From Candidatus Iainarchaeum sp. (lineage in GTDB: Archaea > Iainarchaeota > Iainarchaeia > Iainarchaeales > CSSED10-239): DNA of 15,168 bases. The stretch spans positions 1-15,168 of the forward strand of contig JAQUVR010000005.1 of assembly GCA_028693335.1 (NCBI GenBank), written 5' to 3'. The notes under the pieces were generated by a model. The model was given only the letters and a program-made list of their open reading frames with translations, had not been told where the DNA came from and made no database searches. The translations under genes and the position numbers were made by a program. Positions 1 through 6,247 of the stretch are shown here, in pieces (positions within the stretch are counted from its first letter, which is position 1; every line of letters starts with the position of its first letter).

Positions 1-365
1 GGGTGGAGGTGTTCACTCATTAAAGCCGTACGTTAGCTGGGTTAAGAACGATGCGAGTCAGTTTGGTTCCTATCTATTGGCAGCGCAGGCTGTCTGAAGG
101 AAAGATACATTTAGTACGAGAGGAACGATGTGTCGAAGTCTCTGGTGTACCGATTGTCTGACAAGGCACTGTCGGGTAGCTACGCTTTAACTGATAAGAG
201 CTGAAAGCATCTAAGCTCGAAGCAGTCCCTAAGACGAGACAGCCATTCCTATAGAAGTATAGGACGAGGACTCCGGTAGAAGACCGGTTTGATAGGTCAG
301 TAATGTAAGATGGAAGTGTCAAAACGACCATTTCAGTTTTCTGATACTAAGGGTCCGAGTTAAAA
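1..365 (+). rRNA. rrl: 23S (LSU) rRNA, 3'-terminal part; partial, continues off the left edge; 3' end uncertain by about 15 nt
   Basis: Universal domain V/VI blocks read directly. A-loop (H92) GGTGTTC is at 8-14, GCTGGGTTAAGAACG at 36-50, and the sarcin-ricin loop AGTACGAGAGGAAC at 113-126. GCTGAAAGCATCTAAGC is at 201-217, and the terminal GATACTAA..TCCGAG at 343-359 resembles the E. coli 3' end GGUACUAAUGAACCGUGAGG. This is a GC-rich island in an AT-rich background. Confidence 0.93.
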
Positions 366-450
366 TCAAAGGTAAGAAATTTGATTTTAGAAATAAATAC
401 GCAGTTAGTGGTTATAACTTACAAAAATAGTGCATATAAACTAATACCAA

Positions 451-499
451 TTCTTTTATCTTTGTAATTTTTTTTGTAAAAATTTTTTCTTTTTCTTTT
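451..499 (+). terminator. Oligo-T rich tract downstream of the 23S rRNA; candidate archaeal intrinsic termination zone
   Basis: A T8 run at 468-475 and T6/T4/T4 runs at 484-499. Archaeal RNAP terminates at oligo-T. In so AT-rich a genome this is weak evidence. Confidence 0.3.
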
Positions 500-567
500 A
501 AAAAAAATATTTTTATTTATTCATAGAACTAGATCTGTTTTTTACAAAATAAAAAAAAAATAAAAAA

Positions 568-1320
568 TTAAATAAATTTTTTAGTAAATATAGAAAGAGA
601 ATTAATTAAATAGAATACTGCAAAAAACACACTAATTATTCCAAATATTAAAGCAGCAGTATAGTCAGAATAAAACACACGATCTACTATTATTGAAAAA
701 ATATATATTATCACAAAGATTATCAGATATAAAAGAATAGTAAAAGCAGTAAATTGCCAAAACTTATTTTTCAATAATATCCAAGAATTACTTAAACTTT
801 GTTTTACTGTAAAATTATTTAATCCAGAACAGATTATTGCTAAATAATATAATAACATTAATACAAATGAGATTATTAATAAACAGATGAATAAAATGAA
901 AGTTATTATGTTTATATAAGACAATAGTAATAATCCCAAAATCAATATAATTGCAAAAGATAAATAAGCAATTAATGAAATAATTAAAACCTTCTTAAAT
1001 CCAGTAAATAATGATTCTTTGTTTTTCTTTTCTGAATTTGTTCTGGAGATATTATAGTATATAAAATTAAATGTAAAGAAAAACATAAAAAATACTAAAA
1101 TACACAACCAAAAATATACACCATAAATGGAATTTAATATTATAGGGTAATTTATGGCTTTTTTTACAACAATATCAAAAAATCCAGTTAATAACAGAGT
1201 GTTGTATATTACATTGTAAAATGTTAATCCTAATATCAATATAAAAAAATATATTGGGGTAAGTATTAATGTACTTTTCTTTTTTAAAAAATTAAATCCT
1301 GAAGATAAGCTATCAAACAT
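568..1320 (-). CDS. Polytopic integral membrane protein of unknown function (about 6 predicted TM helices)
   Basis: 250-aa ORF made almost wholly of long hydrophobic I/L/F/Y segments separated by short K/N loops. It lies 19 nt downstream of the preceding minus-strand ORF, so an operon is likely. An A-run at 549-566 gives an oligo-T terminator on the minus strand. No family motif recognised. Confidence 0.6.
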   Translation of the reverse strand: MFDSLSSGFNFLKKKSTLILTPIYFFILILGLTFYNVIYNTLLLTGFFDIVVKKAINYPIILNSIYGVYFWLCILVFFMFFFTFNFIYYNISRTNSEKKNKESLFTGFKKVLIISLIAYLSFAIILILGLLLLSYINIITFILFICLLIISFVLMLLYYLAIICSGLNNFTVKQSLSNSWILLKNKFWQFTAFTILLYLIIFVIIYIFSIIVDRVFYSDYTAALIFGIISVFFAVFYLINSLSIFTKKFI

Positions 1321-1339
1321 ATTTTATTTCACAATCCTT

Positions 1340-1855
1340 TTATTTTTTAACACCTAGTGTTGTTCTTTTTTTATATTCAATATTATTTAATGTGTAGATT
1401 ATATCAAAACTATAAGTTCCTTCAAGAACTGCTGATTTTGTGGTGCTTGGAGAAATTAAGACATCACATTCTATTATTCTGGTACTATTTTTTGACATTA
1501 TTGGAACAATTACTCTGTTTTTTTCAACACCAGCATTTTTACAATTAAGTATAAATGTTTCTTCTTCAATTGGGTATATTGTAACAACAGTATTTTCAGA
1601 ATCTATTTCACTATTATTTTTTATTGTAACCTTTAATTGAAGTTCACTATCTTTATTTAAGCTATAAGGGTTTTTAGAAAATTTTGCAGAAATATTATTG
1701 CCTTCAAATAATGATGACCAATTTATTGAATACAATGCATATATTAATACAATTAATATTAAAAAAACACTAATACCAATTAAAATCATTTTTTTGTCTT
1801 TTCTCATATTTAAGCCTTGTAGCTTTTGATCATATAATCCCATATCTAATATCAC
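1340..1855 (-). CDS. Membrane-anchored extracellular protein with one N-terminal TM helix and a beta-rich, CARDB/Ig-like ectodomain (tentative)
   Basis: 171-aa ORF with the anchor MILIGISVFLILIVLIYALY. The segment ELQLKVTIKNNSEIDSENTVVTIYP resembles the first strands of CARDB-type beta-sandwich domains. The true start may be the internal Met (MRKDKKMILIG..., ATG complement at 1805-1807), which gives a classic signal anchor. Confidence 0.55.
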   Translation of the reverse strand: MILDMGLYDQKLQGLNMRKDKKMILIGISVFLILIVLIYALYSINWSSLFEGNNISAKFSKNPYSLNKDSELQLKVTIKNNSEIDSENTVVTIYPIEEETFILNCKNAGVEKNRVIVPIMSKNSTRIIECDVLISPSTTKSAVLEGTYSFDIIYTLNNIEYKKRTTLGVKK

Positions 1856-1998
1856 ATCTCTTTTTATTTATTTTAATCTAAATAAATATATAATAAACAA
1901 ATATATATATATTTGGTTTTATAATATTAATAGATATATAATAAATAATTTAAATATTTTTAAAGATCTTTAATAATAATATAAAAGATGAATAAAAT

Positions 1999-2907
1999 AT
2001 GAATAGAAAGAACAAAAATAATTTTCACAAAAAAAAAAATCATAACAAAGTTGGAACCAATTTTATTAATGCAAAAAAAGATAATAAATCACCAAATACT
2101 TTCTTAGAAAATTCAGGGGTTGTTAAAGCAATAAGATCTGGTTCTAGGCCTAGTAATGGTTTTAATAAATTTAATAGAAATTCAGATAATAGATTTAATG
2201 GTTCTCAAAACAGCAAAATTTCAAAAAATGGTTCTCAAAATAACAACAATAATTTTAATAGAAATAATAATTATAAACCTAACAACAATTTAAATAATTC
2301 AAATAATCATTTTCAACAAAATAATAGAAACGAAGATATTTTAAAAAACGTTAATTTAGATAACTATTCAGATATAATTACAGAAATTATAAATGAATTT
2401 AATAAAAGAAATTTAGATAGATTACACAGAATTGATGAACAATTATTAGAAGAGGCAATTGTAAAGAATAACAAAGATTTAATAGAATTAACAATTATTA
2501 CATATTCTTTTAGAAAATTAATGTCAAAAAAGCATATTTTATATAATCCAAAATGGAGCTCTTTTTCTAGTACTGTAACTAATGACTTAGTTTATGCTAG
2601 TAGTTGCTTTAGAGAACAAAAGATTGATGAGTATAGAAAAGCAATAAAAAAAGTTCAAGATAATATTCAAAATACAGATAGAACATTAGGACATTTTATT
2701 CATAATCTTGTAGATGATGCTAGATCTAAATTAGCATCCACTGCATATGCTTATGGAATGTCATTATCACAAGCAAGTGCTTTGTTATCTGCTCAAAAAG
2801 AAACAGTTATGGAAATGATTGGTACAACCAAAATTTCTGATGAAGATCAAAAAATTAAAAGTATTAAAGAAAGAGTTGGTTATTTAAAGGAAGTTGTTAA
2901 AGAATAA
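1999..2907 (+). CDS. Hypothetical protein with an Asn-rich basic disordered N-terminus (about 113 aa) and a helical C-terminal domain; its C-terminal segment resembles a UPF0175/COG2886-type HTH (tentative)
   Basis: 302-aa ORF and first gene of a tightly packed four-gene + strand cluster. The N-terminus is N/K/S/Q low complexity. The C-terminal ARSKLASTAYAYGMSLSQASALLSAQKETVMEMIG resembles the UPF0175 pattern (..Y..G.iSlgkAAelaG.s..ef.ell), recalled from memory. TGAGGT at 2909-2914 serves as an SD for the next gene. Confidence 0.6.
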   Translation: MNRKNKNNFHKKKNHNKVGTNFINAKKDNKSPNTFLENSGVVKAIRSGSRPSNGFNKFNRNSDNRFNGSQNSKISKNGSQNNNNNFNRNNNYKPNNNLNNSNNHFQQNNRNEDILKNVNLDNYSDIITEIINEFNKRNLDRLHRIDEQLLEEAIVKNNKDLIELTIITYSFRKLMSKKHILYNPKWSSFSSTVTNDLVYASSCFREQKIDEYRKAIKKVQDNIQNTDRTLGHFIHNLVDDARSKLASTAYAYGMSLSQASALLSAQKETVMEMIGTTKISDEDQKIKSIKERVGYLKEVVKE

Positions 2908-2922
2908 TTGAGGTTTTAAAAA

Positions 2923-3597
2923 ATGAAAATAGTATTAGATTCAGGAATATTAATTGGATTTTCACAAACATGTTTTTTACCATTAATGCCAGAAATTAAA
3001 TCAAAGATTGGCGAGTTAATTATTACTACTGGTGTGAAATATGAATGTATTGATAGAGTAAGAAACAATATGAAATTTAAATTAAGTTCACTTAGAATAG
3101 AAGAATACATAAATGAATTTGTTTTTACTGTTGTTTCTGGATCAAAAGAATTAAATGAAAAAACTAATAGAATTTTAAATTTATCAAACAGTATCTTTTC
3201 AATAAATAATAATCCATTACACTTAGTAGATTTTGGAGAAGCAGAGTGTTTGGCATTATTAGGTCTTACAAATGCTGATTGTCTTGCAATAGATGAAAGA
3301 ACAACAAGAATGCTTGTTGAGGCCCCTGAAGCACTTTTAGAGGTTTTAAAGAGAAAGTATAGAAATAAAAGTATTACATTAAATTCAGAAAAATATGAAA
3401 AGTTTCAACAAGAAATCGGAAAAGTTACAGTGATTAGATCTGTTGATCTTTTTTCATATGCTTATGAGCAAAAACTAATTCCAGAATATATGTTAAAAAG
3501 AGAATTTTTAAAATCAGCGTTATATTCTTTAAAATTTAACGGTTGTTCTGTTTCTTTTGAAGAAATAGATGAATATGTTAATCAATTAGGACAATAA
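2923..3597 (+). CDS. PIN-domain protein, COG2405/DUF3368-like, with insertions
   Basis: 224-aa ORF. The N-terminal MKIVLDSGILIG has the PIN Asp at residue 6, followed by VKYE (E41), FGEAECLALL (E106/E108) and CLAIDERTTR (D124). GEAE...lliDer..R is the signature of COG2405-type PINs. An SD-like TGAGGT lies 9 nt upstream. Confidence 0.65.
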   Translation: MKIVLDSGILIGFSQTCFLPLMPEIKSKIGELIITTGVKYECIDRVRNNMKFKLSSLRIEEYINEFVFTVVSGSKELNEKTNRILNLSNSIFSINNNPLHLVDFGEAECLALLGLTNADCLAIDERTTRMLVEAPEALLEVLKRKYRNKSITLNSEKYEKFQQEIGKVTVIRSVDLFSYAYEQKLIPEYMLKREFLKSALYSLKFNGCSVSFEEIDEYVNQLGQ

Positions 3598-3599
3598 TT

Positions 3600-4373
3600 A
3601 TGAAAATTGTAAAAAAAAATAATGTTTATTTTTTAAATTTAGATAAAAATGAAGATCTTGTTATTGATAAGTATATTGAAAAAAAATTAGATGTTTTACC
3701 AATAACAAAAGATGTTTTAATAATAAGAACTATTGATCAAACAACACTTAATAAAGAAATACAAACTACAAGAGATTCTGCTTCACTTGATTCTAAACAA
3801 AAAATTTTAAATTTTTTAAATAATAAAAATTTATCTGTAAAAGAAAAATTACAAGGTTCCTTTGAAAAACTATTGAGTGAGGAAGATCTTTTGGTCTTTA
3901 ATGAAATGGTTAAGAACAAGGAAATTATTTTGTGTAAGTTATCTGACAAATATAAAAATAGTTTTTACACCATAAATAAAAAATCAAGTAGTTTAGATAA
4001 ACAAAAAAATTCAGTTAAAGGAAAAGAAGATATGTCAAATAGTGAAGTAATAGATGTTTTTTTAAAAAACAATTTTGTGATTTTAAAAAATCACAAAGAC
4101 ACAGAAGATTTTAAAAGAGAATTTGAAGAAAAAGTTAATTCTGGGCAAATAAAAGGAATAAAGTCCTTTGATGGTAATACTTATGTTATATCTTTAGAGT
4201 TGTTTGTTGAGATTAAAGATAAAATATTATCCTATTCAACACAATCATTTACATTAGATGAAATCTCTATAAAGTTTAATAAAGAAAAAGAATTAATTAG
4301 AACAGTTTTAGAAATATTAAAAGAAGAAGCCTTAATACTAGAAAAAAGAAAAGATCAGTTTTTTATTGTGTGA
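3600..4373 (+). CDS. Hypothetical protein; the C-terminal segment resembles a winged helix-turn-helix (tentative)
   Basis: 257-aa ORF whose ATG lies 2 nt after the PIN gene stop (TAATTATG), implying translational coupling. The C-terminal FTLDEISIKFNKEKELIRTVLEILKEEALILEKRKDQFFIV has the helix-turn-helix-wing pattern of wHTH domains. An internal segment LSVKEKLQGSFEKLLSEEDLLVFNEMVKNKEIILCKL may be a second one. No family assigned. Confidence 0.55.
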   Translation: MKIVKKNNVYFLNLDKNEDLVIDKYIEKKLDVLPITKDVLIIRTIDQTTLNKEIQTTRDSASLDSKQKILNFLNNKNLSVKEKLQGSFEKLLSEEDLLVFNEMVKNKEIILCKLSDKYKNSFYTINKKSSSLDKQKNSVKGKEDMSNSEVIDVFLKNNFVILKNHKDTEDFKREFEEKVNSGQIKGIKSFDGNTYVISLELFVEIKDKILSYSTQSFTLDEISIKFNKEKELIRTVLEILKEEALILEKRKDQFFIV

Positions 4374-4379
4374 TAATTT

Positions 4380-4571
4380 ATGACATTATTAATTATATTG
4401 TTAATTTTAATATTTGTTTTTATATTAGGAAATATTTTTTTAATAACTTTAGAAAAACAACAAAGAAAAAAATTACCTATTGAACATTGTGTAGACCCAA
4501 AGATTGTTGATTCTAAATTAGATCTATTAAATAAGAGATTAACAAAATTAGAAATAGAAAAAAGGAAATAG
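4380..4571 (+). CDS. Small membrane protein with one N-terminal TM helix and a charged, coiled-coil-like tail
   Basis: 63-aa ORF starting 6 nt after the previous stop (TGATAATTTATG). It begins with LLIILLILIFVFILGNIFLI and continues with a K/E/L-rich tail. Preferred over the overlapping antisense ORF 4355-4576, which has implausible composition and no operon context. Confidence 0.45.
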   Translation: MTLLIILLILIFVFILGNIFLITLEKQQRKKLPIEHCVDPKIVDSKLDLLNKRLTKLEIEKRK

Positions 4572-4637
4572 TACACTCAGCCCGCCCATCTATCATCATA
4601 TTTTTGTCAGCAGGTGTTCAATTATCATCATTGTGTA
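4572..4637 (-). ncRNA. Archaeal box C/D sRNA (2'-O-methylation guide) with complete C, D', C' and D boxes and a terminal stem
   Basis: The minus strand reads 5'-UACAC-AA-UGAUGA-UAAUUGAACACCUG-CUGA-CAAAAAU-AUGAUGA-UAGAUGGGCGGG-CUGA-GUGUA-3'. The elements in order are C box AUGAUGA, a 14-nt guide, D' CUGA, a 7-nt linker, C' AUGAUGA, a 12-nt guide and D CUGA. A 5-bp terminal stem UACAC/GUGUA gives k-turn geometry. It is a GC-rich island in an intergenic gap. The D' guide is complementary to 23S positions 7-15 of this window. Confidence 0.88.
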
Positions 4638-4657
4638 AAATATATAGTAATAGTTAA

Positions 4658-4668
4658 CTTTATATAAG
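4658..4668. promoter_or_regulatory. Near-palindromic TATA box (CTTTATATAAG) placed to serve both the C/D sRNA (-) and the RpiA-like gene (+)
   Basis: The element is centred at about 4663, some 26 nt from the sRNA 5' end (4637) and some 25 nt from the ATG at 4688. Archaeal TATA boxes sit about 26 nt upstream of the transcription start. The + strand gene would then be leaderless. Confidence 0.35.
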
Positions 4669-4687
4669 TTATTTTAATATTAATAAA

Positions 4688-5377
4688 ATGAGAGAGATTA
4701 TGGACTTACAAGCAATAATAAAAGAATTTGATCATTATATAAATGATGGGAATATTGTTGCAATTGGAACTAGTAGATATGATGCTGAATTTGTTGATGA
4801 ACTAGTAAAATATTTATTATTTAAAAAAAAAGAAGTTTTTTTTATTGCAACAACATCTAGGCAAGCAGCCCAACTTTCTGATCTTGGTCAAAAGGTTGTT
4901 TCTTTAAATGATAAAGAAATTGATGTTGCTATTGAATTTATAGATCAAGTAGATTCTGATTTTAATTTTATAAAAAAAGACACAAAATCTTTTATAAGAG
5001 ATAAAATGATCTCCCAATCAGCATTAAATCTTATTACTGTTTGTGATAGACTTGATCTTGTAGATAAAATAACCAAAGATGTTTCTGTTGAAATAAGTAG
5101 TTTTGCTTGGGAAAGAACTATTTTAAATTTACAAAGTTACGGTCTGGCAAGAGTTGTTTTAGATATAGATGGTAACATTATAAAGACAGAAACCGGGCAT
5201 TATCTTGCAAGAATAACTTTAGATAAAAATATTACTTTAGAAGACTTTGAATACTCTGTAAAAAATATTCCTGGTGTTTTAGAAACCGGTGTTTTTTTAG
5301 GAATGGCTGATGTTATTTTGATAGTTGACAAAAATGATCCTAAAAACGAATCTATTTCAATAAGATCAAGAAACTAA
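4688..5377 (+). CDS. Ribose-5-phosphate isomerase A (RpiA) family protein, highly divergent with degenerate active-site motifs
   Basis: 229 aa, typical archaeal RpiA length, and collinear with the RpiA motifs. VAIGTSRY stands for G-x-GTGST, IEFIDQVD for DGADE-x-D, and FIKKDTKSFIRDK for KGxGGAxxxEK. ETGHYLAR stands for DNGNFIID, and IPGVLETGVFLGMADVILI for IPGV-x-ENG-x-F..A. An alternative ATG lies at 4700. Confidence 0.6.
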   Translation: MREIMDLQAIIKEFDHYINDGNIVAIGTSRYDAEFVDELVKYLLFKKKEVFFIATTSRQAAQLSDLGQKVVSLNDKEIDVAIEFIDQVDSDFNFIKKDTKSFIRDKMISQSALNLITVCDRLDLVDKITKDVSVEISSFAWERTILNLQSYGLARVVLDIDGNIIKTETGHYLARITLDKNITLEDFEYSVKNIPGVLETGVFLGMADVILIVDKNDPKNESISIRSRN

Positions 5378-5393
5378 TAATAATTCGATACCT

Positions 5394-6074
5394 ATGGCAT
5401 CAAAATTAAATATTCAAAAAAAAAAGATAGTGCATCTTGGTAATGTTGGTGAAGATTCAGCATATAGATCTAAACAACTCGCAAAAAGATTTTCTAATTT
5501 TGATTTTTATGGAGTTGATTTAAAAAAAATCACGGATTCAAGTTTATTACATCCAAATATAAGAATATCAGAAACATTAAGAAATTTAAGAGATCGAAGA
5601 TTATTAAAACCTAAACCCAAAAATTTAGAACAAATTCAGAAAGATTTTGTTCAGGGATTAAATAGATTTAAAGATGGTTCTTTAGATTTAGTGTCAAGTG
5701 ATTTCGGTGTTGGATTTTATAAGAAAGAAAGAAATATAGGTAAATTAAAATCAGCAATTAAAAAAGAAATGGATATTGGTGTTAGTGCTTATATTGGTGC
5801 AGATACATATACTAGAAAAGTAATAAATTTAATTTATAAAAAATTAAAACCAAATGGGAAAGTGATAATATATTTCTTTAATACCCCAAGATATCGTGAG
5901 AATTTAATTTTTGCATTTGAAAATAGTGGTTTTGAATATAGAATTGAACCAGTAGATATTTCTAAAATTCAGATTAATGATAGTGATAAAGTATCAAGAT
6001 ATAATTCATTTTATCTTCTTGAAAGAAAAAATTATCCGGAACCAATTTACAGAATAATTGGTGTTAAAAAATAG
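5394..6074 (+). CDS. Class I SAM-dependent methyltransferase-like protein with a degenerate motif I
   Basis: 226-aa ORF with the Rossmann-MTase motif order. IVHLGNVGEDS occupies the motif I position (canonical DxGxGxG), and FYGVDLK carries the acidic residue ending beta-2. LDLVSSDFGVGF fits motif IV, and LKPNGKVIIYFF fits the typical LkpGG.l.i strand. Confidence 0.5.
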   Translation: MASKLNIQKKKIVHLGNVGEDSAYRSKQLAKRFSNFDFYGVDLKKITDSSLLHPNIRISETLRNLRDRRLLKPKPKNLEQIQKDFVQGLNRFKDGSLDLVSSDFGVGFYKKERNIGKLKSAIKKEMDIGVSAYIGADTYTRKVINLIYKKLKPNGKVIIYFFNTPRYRENLIFAFENSGFEYRIEPVDISKIQINDSDKVSRYNSFYLLERKNYPEPIYRIIGVKK

Positions 6075-6160
6075 TTTTTTTAAAAAAATCAAATCATTTA
6101 TATATATTTTTGTGCTTAATTATTATGTGATCAATTTTTGGTTATAGATCTTTAATATTT

Positions 6161-6233
6161 GCCTCGGTAGTTTAGCGGTTAGAATGCCAGACTCATAATC
6201 TGGAGGTCGAGAGTTCAAATCTCTCTCGAGGCA
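6161..6233 (+). tRNA. tRNA with anticodon CAT; elongator tRNA-Met or tRNA-Ile2 (agmatidine-modified); not an initiator
   Basis: 73-nt cloverleaf folded by hand. Acceptor stem GCCTCGG/TCGAGGC has one G-U, and the D stem is GTTT/GAAT. Anticodon stem CCAGA/TCTGG carries loop CTCATAA, and the T arm is GAGAG-TTCAAAT-CTCTC. The discriminator is A. The G1-C72 pair argues against an archaeal initiator. No encoded CCA and no intron. Confidence 0.92.
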
Positions 6234-6247
6234 TAAATTGTGATCAT

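Noticed and set aside
74-331. 85-aa minus-strand ORF from the track
   Set aside because: It lies wholly inside the 23S rRNA, antisense to universally conserved rRNA blocks including the sarcin-ricin loop. It is a spurious ORF allowed by the local GC-rich sequence.
366-567. Search for a 5S rRNA or tRNA gene downstream of the 23S
   Set aside because: The region is uniformly AT-rich with no GC-rich island and no recognisable 5S helices or tRNA arms.
1357-1640. Two + strand ORFs (1357-1548 and 1440-1640) antisense to the 171-aa membrane-anchored protein gene
   Set aside because: They are shadow ORFs of an AT-rich coding region, with implausible Leu/Phe/Cys-rich composition, no upstream signals, and full overlap with a better-supported gene.
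2916-3110. 64-aa minus-strand ORF overlapping the PIN gene start
   Set aside because: It is antisense to a gene with clear PIN motifs, and no independent support exists.
3737-3949. 70-aa minus-strand ORF inside gene 3600-4373
   Set aside because: It is an antisense shadow ORF, whereas the sense ORF is long and translationally coupled to its neighbours.
4355-4576. 73-aa minus-strand ORF overlapping the small membrane protein gene
   Set aside because: The + strand ORF fits the operon spacing and has a clean TM helix plus a charged tail. The minus ORF would also begin inside the C/D sRNA terminal stem. Neither small ORF is certain.
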